Position numbers and translations under genes: made by a program
In this document: piece by piece, positions 1-14,077 of the stretch
How the letters are laid out: each line of letters begins with the position of its first letter
How positions within the stretch are numbered: the first letter of the stretch is position 1
The notes under the pieces: generated by a model
What the model saw: only the letters and a program-made list of their open reading frames with translations
Database searches by the model: none
Told to the model about the DNA's origin: nothing
Assembly (NCBI GenBank): GCA_964016885.1
Contig: OZ024763.1
Coordinates: forward strand, 13,020,001-13,084,000
Reading direction: 5' to 3'
From: Eledone cirrhosa
Lineage: Eukaryota
Length of the DNA: 64,000 nt

Positions 1-1022
1 TTTAAATGCTAGATGGTTAAATATCAAATTATATAGATTATATATAAATATACTAAGATAAAAAATATATAATATTTATACATAGTATCATCATCATCAT
101 CATCATCATTTTACGTCCGCTTTTTCCTGCTTGCAAGGGTGGGACGGGAACTGATTCTAGCTTGATTTCTACAGCTGGATGCCCTTCCTAAGTTTGAGAA
201 CCTCTGCTTTACTGGGTATCAATCCGATACAGTATATGCTGTGTTGTTTAATTGGGAGTCAATCTTGTAGATTATATGTTGTGTGGTTTTATTTCATTGA
301 GTGATTATTATATAAGATGTGTGCTCTGTGTGAAGATAGTTCTGTTTGAGCTGAGGCACTGAATCAATAATCTCTTGTGCAGGGTGTAGGCTCTCTGTAA
401 AGTGGTCATGTAGGTGTCAACAAAAAGCACCCAGTCCACACTGTAAAGTGGTCATGTAGGTGTCACAACAAAAAGTACCCAGCCCACACTGTAAAGTGGT
501 CATGTAGGTGTCACAACAAAAAGTACCCAGCCCACACTGTAAAGTGGTTGTGTAGGTGTCACGACAAAAAGTACCCAGTCCACTTTGTAAAGTGGTTATG
601 TAGGTGACACGACAAAAAGCACTTTATTTCATTGAGTGATTATTATACAAGATGTGTGCTCTGTGTGAAGATAGTTCTGTTTGAGCTGAGGTACTAAATC
701 GATAATCTCTTGTGCAGGGTGTAGGCTCTACCTTGCAGAGATATCTCTTTGACAATGTGTAGTGTTCTGAAACCTGATATGGCATCTAGGTTTTTGTTCA
801 TATATATTTTTATCATACTTATTATTATTATTATTATTATTATCATCATTATTAGTGTTATTACTATTATTATGTTTGAAATGTATAGTGTTTTATCAGA
901 TGTGTCGTATCATCTATTATGTTTTGAAAGAAATATGTATATATATATACTATGTTTGTTTATGTTGTAGAGGGAAAATAGCTGAAAAATTGTGAATGTT
1001 TGTGTAATACACGCCTCACATA

Positions 1023-1076
<54 letters not shown>

Positions 1077-1111
1077 CATACACACATATATATATATATA
1101 TACATGTATAT

Positions 1112-1142
<31 letters not shown>

Positions 1143-1147
1143 CATAT

Positions 1148-1194
<47 letters not shown>

Positions 1195-1359
1195 TATATA
1201 TGTATATCATCACATAACAATTAGCATACCCTGAATACCCAACCCTGTAAATTGATGTGTATATATATATACTGGTTCCTATTACCCACTCTACTACCTC
1301 AAGTATTGAGTACTTTGGTGCGTTATGGTCCACCTGGTTCCTTACCACATTTCCTTTGT

Positions 1360-1390
<31 letters not shown>

Positions 1391-3057
1391 GCATATATAT
1401 TGTCATCTGAGTGTGAATCACAATTATGGAAGAATGAGCACTAGGTATGTAAAGATAGAGGTACTTTATATTACTTAAAATACCCATACCCAGAAGCATA
1501 TATATATTTTTTCACAAAGGCTGAAGATTGATGGTTCACACTAGATTAATCTGCTATGAGTTATCAGATACCCCCATGAAACTCTGAGTACCATTGAAAA
1601 CATCTGCTTAGTTACCATGTATTTTAAGTAATATATATTTATATATACACACACACATATACCTTCTATATATCCTAAACAAAACCCAAGATAAAATTAA
1701 AACTAAAATCAAACTACCAGAGATACACCATGTATCATAAAACAGCACCAAGTTACACAACACACACAGAAAATTAACACCAAACACAAACACACACATA
1801 CACACAAACATACACAGGCACATATATTTATTATATTTTTTATGGCTGATCCAGAGGCCTGTTACTCAGTAGTTCCCTCTGCATACTACATGTTCCTCAA
1901 ACAGTTAAACACTGGATACACTGAGGAGTAAGTTTAGTCTAACACCAAATTAAGCAGAAGCAAATCAAAGTTCAACGTTCAAATGAGACTCAAATGATTG
2001 GAATCTTGTGATCTGGTGATCAAGATTGAAAGTTAAAACTAAGAAAATAATAAAAATAAATAAAAAAACAATGAATAAAAGATATCAGTGACCTAAATAA
2101 GAAATAATGAATAGAAATGAGAATTAGTAGAAGGATCAATTTGATCAAGGCTAAATATATCAAACTGAAAAAGGGATAGAGGGGACACTATATAAATAAA
2201 TAAATAAAATAATTAATGAAATGAAATGAAGAAATTAAGGATTAGAGAAAAATTTTAAATTAAAACAATAAACAAGCAAAGATCAAAATCAGAGAATCAA
2301 TTTATCAAAAAGAAAAGTGAGATCATGGATCAAACCTACATGAGATCAAGAATGGTTGATGGATTAGGATCAAAGCAGGAAGATAAACATAGAAATTAGG
2401 AATGGTCAAAGACATTAAATTTAAAGACATTTTCAATATCAAGGCTCAAAAATCAAAGTGAAAGTTATAATCATGGGCCAAAAAGGAAAAGATTATTATT
2501 AAGGATCAGAATCCAGAGGTTGGGTGGTAAAGTAGATTAATGTCAAATTTCAAACAAGCTAGGTAAAGGAAAATCAGAGATGAAAGATTAAGGGTTTAAA
2601 AAAAGGTCAAGGTTCAAGAGGTTCATGGATCAAATTCTAAAATTAAAATTAAGGATCAAACTTATGTTACAATCAAGGATCCAACTCTAAAGTTGTAATC
2701 ACGGGTCATACTTCAAAGTTAAAACTAAGGATCAAACTAAAAATTAATTTTAATCAAGGATACTAATTTTTTTAATATTAAGAATTAAATTTTTTTTACA
2801 ATAATCAAGGCTTATAAATTTTAATCCTGGATTAAATTAAAAAAAATAATGAAGGATCAAAGTTCAAAAGAGGTTCAAGGATTAAAGCTAAAAGTTGTAA
2901 TCAAGGATCAAAGTCAAAATTCACATTCAAGTATCAAAATGAAAAGTCAGCATTAGAAGAGATCAGAAATCAAAAAGAGAGAGAGAGAGAGAATATTAGG
3001 AATTAAAAGGAGATCAAATCTGCTGTATTAGTTTACCAATTGACCAATATGGCCTAC

Positions 3058-3153
3058 CTGGGGATGTCTTCACTTCGGTTGTTGTGGTTTGTGATCCACT
3101 ACTACCACTACCACCACTACCACCAATTACTGTGGATGTCATGGTTGGAGTGC
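3058..3153 (-). CDS. Exon F (96 bp, phase 1-1): GTPTMTSTVIGGSGGSGSSGSQTTTTEVKTSP; no stop, gene probably continues past position 1
   Basis: atatttcag|GC acceptor, CCAG|gtaggc donor; open frame. Confidence 0.8.
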
Positions 3154-4558
3154 CTGAAATATAATGTTACTATGACTAACAAAGGAAAAACCAAGTTTTA
3201 TATAGTAGTGAGTTTAAACCACCACAACCCTGGGAATATTTCTCCAAGGGTCAGTTGATATAGTGAGTTGAAACCATAGGACTCATATATATATTTATTA
3301 CAGGGCTGTGTTATTCATAGGCTGAGGCATAAGTGTCCCCACAAGGAATAAGGACTTATCAATTTTTTTTTGCTGCAGTGGAATGAAAGATTAAAATGCC
3401 ATAGGGGTCCAAATCATTGCACTACTGTAAATATTTTCTAAGGGGTTAATTCATTAAAAATATTAATTATTTTATTGGTAAGATTGTAACTTAACAAATG
3501 GTTCATATTTTTGTTGTAAGATTTAAATTTAAATAGAAACCCTTCAAAATGGGTGGTTTTGCTTCATAGAACCAGAGGTGGTTTGAGCCAGGCTGATAAA
3601 AGGATTAATTAAGAATTTTAAGAGATTTATTAAAATTATTAATTATTTAATTATAGTAAGATAGTAATTTAACAAATGGTTTTGATATAAAATTATGTTG
3701 GAAAATTTTAATTCAAGCAGGAACCCTTTAAAATGGATGGGTTTGTTTAAGAGAAACTGAGTTGATTTGGGACTGGTTAGTGTCAAAAGAATTAATCAAG
3801 AATTTTCAAGGTTTTAAAATGAGAGGTTTTGTTTCATAGAACCAGGCCAAGTTAATGTGAAAAAGGTTAAAAAATTATGTAGGGCACAGGGGAGAAGGGG
3901 GCGTTAGAGATCAGAGCTATATATTGAGGAATACAGAGACACCTGCCCAAGGTGTCATTGCATGGCAGGGTAAAACCTGAAAACTTGTGGTTAACCACAC
4001 AGCCAAACCTGCGCTGTTCCCTGGAGGTAGGATTTTAAAATGGTGTAGATGACAGAGGGATTTATTGTAGAAGACACAGGCGCTTAACCAAGGAGCCACA
4101 ACATGGTGAGATCAAACCTGGAGCCACATGGACGTATCTGTGCCATGCCCTGAGGGGCAGGGTTTAACAGATGCTGTTGAGGTGGGGGTGGAGAGAGAGG
4201 GGTTGAGACATCAGAGCTATAAATTGAGGAAGACAAAGACACTTGGCCAAAGTACTGTGGCATTAAACAACTTGTGATTTAACACAGAGTCCTCCATGCC
4301 TGCACTCTACAATGGGGGACAGGGGTTAAAAGATGCTGTTTGGGTGGGGATGGAGACATCAGAGCTAAAATTAAGGAAGACAAAGACACTAGGCCAAGGT
4401 GTCATAGTACTGTAGGGGTCACACTTAGAAACTTGTGATTCCCCATAGAGCCGTCCATACCTGTGCTATGCTCTTGGGGACAGCAATTTAAAAAAAATGG
4501 CATTTGAAGGGTGGGGAGTGTGGGCGTGAGACTAAGCTATGACACATCGGAGCTATAC

Positions 4559-4633
4559 CTGATATAATTTTTGTTGTCTTGGTTACTGTTGTCGTGCATC
4601 CATCAGTTGACATAGTTTTGGTTTCGGTTGACT
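4559..4633 (-). CDS. Exon E (75 bp, phase 1-1): ESTETKTMSTDGCTTTVTKTTKIIS
   Basis: ccgtttgcag|AG acceptor, CAG|gtatag donor; T-rich segment like smoothelin-family linkers. Confidence 0.8.
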
Positions 4634-5332
4634 CTGCAAACGGATTTCACACACATGGTTATTATTATTATTATGATGATGATGATGGTGATGATGATGA
4701 TTGGATTTAGTTTTATGTTTATATGAGCTGACTCCAAGTTTCACCCAGAGATATCAAGAGATAAGTTATAAGATGAAGTGGACATTATGACAAGGATGGT
4801 TGATACCTGTTATATTTTGGGGTAAAAATATAGCTTGATGATAGAGATTTGAGTTGTAATTATGTACCTTAGGTTTGTAATGGACAACAGTTCATAACTT
4901 CAAAGTTATGAACTCGTTACCAACAGTTCATAACTTCAAAGTTATGAACTTGTTTCCATCAGTAGTAAGTAGACCACTCATACTATAGGACGAGTTCGGT
5001 GTAAAGTTGGTTGCACAACAAATTAACAAACCATAAGAGGACGATGCTTCACACACTCGAGTTGGGTGAAACTCATGTCCTCGAGTATGGTTTACTAATT
5101 TGTTATGGAATTAACTTTATATACATATATATATATTTGCCGAGATTAAGTAAGTGACATAGTCACTACTTTAAAACCGATAGCATATGGTCTTCTAAAT
5201 GTTTTTAATTAAACATACGGTATATTGCCAAATATACTATACATACATTCATGTATACATCGCTATTTCAGAGCACCAATCCTAATATATATATATATAT
5301 ATATATATATAGATATATATATATATATATAT

Positions 5333-5771
5333 ATATTGTTATACTTTGGGAGGGTCATGTTGCCAATAAGAAACACACGCACCAGTTGCTTTCACTCCAA
5401 TTTATTATTAATTAAATATATAAATTTCCAGTTGGTTGGTTGGTTCCACAACTGGACGGTTGTTCATATATTGTCAAAGTTCTTTCGAGAGGCACAAAAC
5501 AAAGAGAAGAATCCCCAGTCACTGAAGAGGTCACAGAATATGTGACGAAAGAACTTTGACAATATATGAACAACCGTCCGGTTGTGGAACCAACCAACCA
5601 ACCGGAAATTTATAAATTCTTAAATTTATAAATTTAATTTATAATAAATTAGAGTGAAAGCAACTGGTGCGTGTGTTTCTTATTGACAACATGACCCTCC
5701 CAAAGTATAACAATATCAGTTTCAACACACGTTTTTAGATAAAGAATCTTGCTAAACAAATTCAGAAACAA
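5333..5771. mobile_element. Inverted-repeat element in (TA)n with ~55-bp tail and central hammerhead-like motif; Penelope-like inverted pseudo-LTR candidate
   Basis: Arms ~5333-5487 and ~5546-5716 are reverse complements; GTCA CTGAAGA G GTCACA..TGTGAC GAAA GAAC TT TGAC at 5518-5560; related ends at ~6520-6551, ~8860-9157 and ~10710-10750. Confidence 0.6.
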
Positions 5772-5805
5772 TATATATATATATTATATATATATATATA
5801 TACAC

Positions 5806-5836
<31 letters not shown>

Positions 5837-6074
5837 CATACATATATATATATATACATATATATATATATTCATACATATATACATATATATGTAGAAG
5901 TTCTATTTAAAATGTTGGGATACAACAAGCAAATATTTTTATAACTGATATAAAGCACTCAACAAATTATTGGAGTAAAAATACGATATATTAACAAATC
6001 CAGGAGCTTCCAACAGAAATGGTCGCATTCTTTAAGGGTATGTCAATATTTATATATAAAACTGATCTATATTA

Positions 6075-6139
6075 TATTTTATCTGATGAAAGCACACCAT
6101 AATTTAACTTGGTGTCCTTGAAATATGTATAATGAAATA
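6075..6139 (+). ncRNA. Minimal type-I hammerhead ribozyme motif
   Basis: TATTTTAT CTGATGA AAGCACACCA..TGGTGTCCTT GAAA T atgt A TA ATGAAATA; 8-bp stem I, AUA triplet. Confidence 0.75.
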
Positions 6140-6274
6140 AATATGGTTTTATAAATATAGTTTCCATTTGTTAATATATTGTACATATACATATATATAT
6201 TTATACATACACATATATATATTTATACATACACATATATATATTTATACATACACATATATATATTTATACAT

Positions 6275-6349
<75 letters not shown>

Positions 6350-6454
6350 CATATATATATACATATATACATATATATTATATATACATATATATTATAT
6401 ATACATATACATATACATATATATACATACATATATATATATATATATACATAC

Positions 6455-6509
<55 letters not shown>

Positions 6510-6604
6510 CATATATATATTGTTATATTTGGGGATGGTCATGTTGCCAATATATATATATGTGTGTGTATATATGTATATATATATATATATATATATA
6601 CATA

Positions 6605-6688
<84 letters not shown>

Positions 6689-6730
6689 AAGAGAGAAAGG
6701 GAAGAGAGAGAGAGGTGAGAGAATGTTTAC

Positions 6731-6772
6731 CTTTCACCTTGCCATCGTCTTTGGTAACCACAGACTTTGTAT
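6731..6772 (-). CDS. Small exon D (42 bp, phase 1-1): [14 protein letters not shown]
   Basis: gatattgtag|AT acceptor, AAAG|gtaaac donor; phase and T/K-rich composition fit the neighbours. Confidence 0.75.
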
Positions 6773-7024
6773 CTACAATATCAGAACAAAAACCATGACA
6801 ACAGATACATATAAAGGTATGTTAGCAACCGGTGACCCACTGCTCAGCAAGTCTTTAACATGGTCAGTACTGTACCCTGTCACACATAGCTATATATATA
6901 TTGATTATATATATATATATATTGATTATATATATATATTGATTGGAAACTAAACAAAAGTCAATACAAAGTTATTGATATTCTGTCAATATATACATAT
7001 ATCTTTCTAGTTGTAGTTTGAAGT

Positions 7025-7750
7025 TTAACCCCTTCATTACCAGGTTTCTAATGAAAGACACTACCTGTAATTTTCAAATGATTTTTTTTTTAAATAACAA
7101 ACAATTTTGAAGGGTTTAGTAATATAACGTTTTCATAATGAAGTGTTTGGAACATAACTTAACAAAGGTTCTTACATACATTTATTATGGAAGGTTTTTA
7201 GATAAATATAAAGTTTAAACCTTCCGTTTCAATATTTCTAATGAAAGACACTATTGGTATCTGGAACATAACTTAAGCAAGGTTCTTACATAAATTTATT
7301 ATGGAAAGTTTTTAGATAAATATAAAGTTTAAACCTTTTGTTACCATATTTCTAATGAAAGACACTGTTCGTGTCTGGAACATAACATAACAATGGTTCT
7401 TACATAAAATTATGATGGAAGGTTTTTAGATTAATATAAACACTTTAAACCTTCCATTACCATATTTCTAATGAAAGACGCTATTCGTGTCTGGAACATA
7501 ACTTAACAAAGGTTCTTACATAAAATTATGATGGAAGGTTTTTAGATAAATATAAACACTTTAAACCTTCCATTACCATATTTCTAATGAAAGACACTGC
7601 TTATGTTTGGAACATAACTTAACAAAGGTTCCTACATAAAATTATGATGGAAGTTTTTTTAGTAACTATAAAGACCTTAGAATAAACAGCTTAGTATTGT
7701 AGAACTCAGGGTCAGTTGCAGTTGAGGGAAATTGGTATTAAAAGGGTTAA
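7025..7750 (+). mobile_element. Second TTAA-flanked MITE family with ~5 internal ~115-bp tandem units
   Basis: ttaaccccttcattacc ... ggtattaaaagggttaa; relatives at ~3445-3870, ~23914-24350 and ~26877-27848. Confidence 0.6.
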
Positions 7751-8414
7751 ACAAAACACTTTTTTTTAGTAATTTAAATATTTCAAACTAAAACAACAAA
7801 AAGAAATTGAAGAATTTAGGGTCGAAATTTCAATCCTAGAAAAAAAAAAGAAAAAATTAATTAATGTAAAACAAAGAGAAAAATTAATTAAATGCAGTTC
7901 AGTATGACAATTACATAGAAGCTCCTCTCCATTTGGTGGTGGTGGTCATGGTGTTTGACTAGAATAAAACCAACCATGATGTGACATGTATCCTCAGATG
8001 TTTAGTGAATGTGTTGTACAGATGGCTGGGGCATCTAAAGGGAGTTGTTGACTTCTAATTGCAAAGATAATTGCTAATTAGTTAATTGGTGTTTTTTTTT
8101 AATTTGCTATATTTTGTGAGACTCTGCAGATGATGAATACATATATGTCGTCATCATCATCATCATCATCATCATTTAATGTCTGTTTTCCTGGCCAGCA
8201 AGAGTTTGGATGGGTCTTCACAGACTGAGTCAGTAGTTGATCCGAGTTAAGGGCCACTCAGATGGGTGGTGGGCCTGTATTATACATAAATACATATATG
8301 TTGAAACGGCAAGAGCTCAGCTGTCTGGCTGCCGACTCTTTCATTTAACCATACTCAACTACTAGTATTGAGTACTCTGGTGAGTAATGGTCGAACCAGT
8401 TTTTTTTACTGTAT

Positions 8415-8484
<70 letters not shown>

Positions 8485-8489
8485 AAGAT

Positions 8490-8523
<34 letters not shown>

Positions 8524-8627
8524 GAGGGGTCATCACCCTAGAACCACTAACATTTCAAGTGAGTTCTACTGACATTTTGAAAATAAAACACACACACATA
8601 CATATACATATCATGACCATGATGATG

Positions 8628-8662
<35 letters not shown>

Positions 8663-9157
8663 TATATATATATGTATCAAATGAAACAACGGAGTTAAGG
8701 ACTCATGTATATATATATATATATATATATATACTTACATACATGTGTATGTATGTTTATTTTCTAGAATAACATGTGTAATATCTAAACATCAACAACA
8801 AGGTGACACCCAGTTAACGAGGAGCTGTGACTCTGTCAGTAACCTTTACAAGAGGACCAAACATCAACAACACCAACAATGGTTATTCAATCGTCAAAGC
8901 TCTTTCATCAGATGGTGTAAACAGACCGAGGGCAAAACATAGAGTAGATGACACACAGGAGCAAGAATAGTTATTGAAAAGGTCACAGGATGTGTGATGA
9001 AAGACAAGAGCTTTGGTAATTATATATAATAATTAAACAATCATCCGGTTACTAAACTAATTGAGGAATGGTTTAACTAACTAATAATAAATCTGAAGTG
9101 AAACTCAATTAGTCTGAGTGTTTCTGTTGGTAACATAATCCACCAAAACTATAACAA

Positions 9158-10690
9158 ATATATATATGTAAGTATATATATGTAAGTATATATATGTAAG
9201 TATATATATGTAAATATATATATGTAAGTATATATATGTAAGTATATATATGTAAATATATATATGTAAGTATATATATGTAAGTATATATATGTAAATA
9301 TATATATGTAAGTATATATATGTAAATATATATATGTAAGTATATATATGTAAATATATATATGTAAGTATATATATGTAAATATATATAAGTAAATATA
9401 TATATGTAAATATATATATGTAAGTATATATATGTAAATATATATAAGTAAATATATATATGTAAGTATATATATGTGTAAATATATATATGTAAATATA
9501 TATATGTAAGTATATATATGTAAGTATATATATGTAAATATATATATGTAAGTATATATACGTAAATATATATATGTAAGTATATATATGTAAATATATA
9601 TATGTAAATATATATGTAAATATATATATGTAAATATATATATGTAAGTATATATATGTAAGTATATATATGTAAATATATATATGTAAGTATATATACG
9701 TAAATATATATATGTAAGTATATATATGTAAATATATATATGTAAATATATATGTAAATATATATATGTAAGTATATATATGTAAATATATATATGTAAA
9801 TATATATATGTAAGTATATATATGTAAGTATATATATGTAAGTATATATATGTAAATATATATATGTAAGTATATATATGTAAATATATATATGTAAGTA
9901 TATATATCTAAGTATATATATGTAAGTATATATATGTAAATATATATATGTAAGTATATATATGTAAATATATATATGTAAGTATATATATGTAAATATA
10001 TATATGTAAGTATATATATGTAAATATATATATGTAAGTATATATATGTAAATATATATAAGTAAATATATATATGTAAGTATATATATGTGTAAATATA
10101 TATATGTAAATATATATATGTAAGTATATATATGTAAGTATATATATGTAAATATATATATGTAAGTATATATACGTAAATATATATATGTAAGTATATA
10201 TATGTAAATATATATATGTAAATATATATGTAAATATATATATGTAAGTATATATCTGTAAGTATATATATGTAAATATATATATGTAAGTATATATACG
10301 TAAATATATATATGTAAGTATATATATGTAAATATATATATGTAAATATATATGTAAATATATATATGTAAGTATATATATGTAAGTATATATATGTAAG
10401 TATATATATGTAAATATATATATGTAAGTATATATATGTAAATATATATATGTAAGTATATATATGTAAATATATATATGTAAGTATATATATGTAAATA
10501 TATATATGTAAGTATATATATGTAAGTATATATATGTAAATATATATATGTAAGTATATATATGTAAGTATATATATGTAAATATATATATGTAAGTATA
10601 TATATGTAAATATATATAAGTAAATATATATATGTAAATATATATATGTAAGTATATATATGTAAATATATATATGTAAGTATATATACT
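9158..10690. repeat. 14-bp minisatellite TAA(G/A)TATATATATG, ~1.5 kb
   Basis: Direct reading; explains the 547-aa and 611-aa pseudo-ORFs. Confidence 0.95.
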
Positions 10691-10830
10691 TGTTTATATA
10701 TATATATATTTGTTTCATTGGCAACATGGCCCTCCCAAAGTATAACAATATATATATATATGTGTGTGTGTGTGTTATATGTATATATATGTGTTTGTGT
10801 GTATATGTATGAACAATCTAATTTTAAAAC

Positions 10831-10881
<51 letters not shown>

Positions 10882-11232
10882 GGATGTAAAACGGTGATGA
10901 TGATGATAATATATTTCATTATATATACACCCACACACACACATACATATTCACACACATATATATACATATACACAAATATATATATATATTAGGTTAC
11001 TAGATGAAAGTACAAGTGAAGTGGGTGTGTATGTTGATAGCTGTAGACAGTTGAAATGTCAGATCTAATTTGGTTGAGGACGTCAGTAATATTAAGAGAC
11101 AGATGAAACTAGAATCTCTGGTGAAAACCTCCTCCAGGGTAGCGCAAATGACGGAGAGATCTAAAGAAATATGGAGGTCCTTTTAACACTATATATGTAT
11201 ATATATATATGTGTGTGTGTGTGTATATGTGC

Positions 11233-11263
<31 letters not shown>

Positions 11264-11329
11264 CGTGTGTGTATACGTGATTATACATATATATATGGAT
11301 TATACATATATATATTATACATATATATA

Positions 11330-11674
11330 TGGAGGCACATGGCTTAGTGGTTAGAGCATTGGCCTTGCAATCGAAAGGTTGTGAGTTCAATTCTCAGACC
11401 GGGTGATGTGTTGTTTCCTTGAGCAAGACACTTTATTTCACATTGCTCCAGTTTACTCAGCTGTAGAAATGAGATGATAGGGACTGGGGTCCCTATCATT
11501 CCACTGCAAAGTGGTCGTGGAGGTGCCACGGCAAAAAAGCCCCCACCACTCACTGTAAATGAGGTTGGTGTTAGGAAGGGCATCCAGCTGTAGAAATCAA
11601 GCCAAAATCAGTTCCCGTCCCACCCTTGCAAGCAGGGAAAAGCGGACGTAAAAATGAAATGATGATGATGATGA
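11330..11674 (+). mobile_element. tRNA-derived SINE family 1, full length, RTE-type 3' tail
   Basis: A box TGGCTTAGTGG, B box GAGTTCAATTC, CORE-like CCTTGAGCAAGACACTT, ends GCGGACGTAAAA then (ATG)n. Confidence 0.85.
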
Positions 11675-11741
11675 TATGTGTGTGTATATGTGCATATATA
11701 TATGTGTGTGTGTGTGTGTATGTGTGTATATAGATGTGTGC

Positions 11742-11775
<34 letters not shown>

Positions 11776-11778
11776 ATA

Positions 11779-11823
<45 letters not shown>

Positions 11824-12066
11824 ATGTGCATATATATATATATATATATGTGTGTGTGCGTGTGTGTATACGTGCATATATATATATATATGTGTGTGTA
11901 TATGTGCATATATATATGTGTGTGTGTGTGTGTGTATATGTGCATATATATATATATATATATGTGTGTGTGTCTGTATATGTGCATATATATATGTGTG
12001 TGTGTATGTGTATATATATATGTGCGTATATATATGTGTGTGTATACGTGCATATATATATATATT

Positions 12067-12109
<43 letters not shown>

Positions 12110-12270
12110 ATACGTGCATATATATATATATATATGTATATATATACACATGTATATGTATATGTGGATGCATTTATGTATGTATGTCATTGTATATTAT
12201 ACGAGTATGTATATGTATATTTGTAATTGATATATACATTCATGTAATTATATATACACGTAATTGATAT

Positions 12271-12378
<108 letters not shown>

Positions 12379-12391
12379 ATATATATGTATG

Positions 12392-12504
<113 letters not shown>

Positions 12505-13305
12505 ATAGTATATATATATATATATACCATGTTTAGAAGCCAGCCAAACCCTAGAGAGTCATGTTTCTATGTCTACTATAAATGGTGCAACCAATGTTTG
12601 TATTTAGTGAGAATTCTTTTGTTCTCTCTTGTTTATTGACTCTTTGGCATCAAAGAGTAAGCCAGCGAGAGGTGAGGGGTTCTCTAACGTGGTAGGTCAA
12701 GCCTCTCTGCTAGAAATAGCAGCACAAATCTCTCTCTCTCTCTCTCTCTTTTTCCATTTCTCTCAATAACACTCTTTTTATGAAGAAAGTAACAAAAGAA
12801 AAGCTAGGATACATATATTAGACAGTGTAGTAATCCTTGATAAACTAAAGATGGAGTAGTCATGGCCGGAACGCCTTTGCGACATGCTGGAAATAGCAGC
12901 CAAATACTTCAAACCACACTCAGTCTTGATAGAAATGGAAAAAGAAGTGGTCTATATAGGACTGTGTAGTAGATTTTGTTATACAAAAGATGTGATGGTC
13001 ATGACTGGAAAGCCTTTGTGAATTGCTAGAAATAGCAGCAATGATATCTCCCTCAAACCATAGTTTTTTAAGAGTGATGGTTTGCTTTGTTTTGTAAAAA
13101 TAAATATATACAATATATACACTCTTTCTGCATCTATACATTTATACACCCTCTCTGCAATTATACATACAATTATGTATGTATGTACATATATATGTAT
13201 CATCATCATCATCATCATATATATATATAGTTGAGTACAGACAAATGTAAAGTGTGCTATTAACACAATGTGGAAGCTGAGTATATATATATATATGTGT
13301 GTGTA

Positions 13306-13359
<54 letters not shown>

Positions 13360-13701
13360 AAGAAACGATCGACTTTTGTCAAATCGGACCGAGGAAACAA
13401 TGTTTCCATTGGGCTTTCCAGTTGCTAGTACTATCTATCAGTCGCAACTCCAGGTAGAAGGAGCAACGTGAAATAAAGAGTCTTCCTCAAGGACATAATG
13501 CATCGCCTGGTCCAGGAATCGAACTCACAACCTCACGATTGCGAATCCAATTCTCTAACCACTCAGCCACACGCCTTCACACTATATACATATATCTCTA
13601 TATATATATATACATACACACACACATATATATATATACACACAAACATATAAATATATATATATATATATATACATACACACACACATATATACATACA
13701 T

Positions 13702-13775
<74 letters not shown>

Positions 13776-13776
<1 letters not shown>

Positions 13777-14077
13777 GGAGGCACATGGCTTAGTGGTTAG
13801 AGCATTGGCCTTGCAATCGAAAGGTTGTGAGTTCAATTCTCAGACCGGGTGATGTGTTGTTTCCTTGAACAAGACACTTTATTTCACATTGCTCCAGTTT
13901 ACTCAGCTGTAGAAATGAGATGATTATGTGGAGGTGCCACGGCAAAAAAAAGCACCCACCACTCACTGTAAATGAGGTCGGTGTTAGGAAGGGTATCCAG
14001 CTGTAGAAATCAAGCCACAATCAGTTCCCACCCTTGCAAGCAGGGAAGAAGCGGACGTAAAATGATGATGATGATGA
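13776..14077 (+). mobile_element. SINE family 1 copy with internal deletion
   Basis: Near-identical to 11330-11674. Confidence 0.85.

Noticed and set aside
9105-10944. 547-aa and 611-aa ORFs
   Set aside because: Translations of a 14-bp TA-rich minisatellite.
11331-11402. tRNA-Cys-like gene (TTGCAAT anticodon loop)
   Set aside because: No acceptor-stem pairing or Pol III terminator; it is the head of a multicopy SINE.
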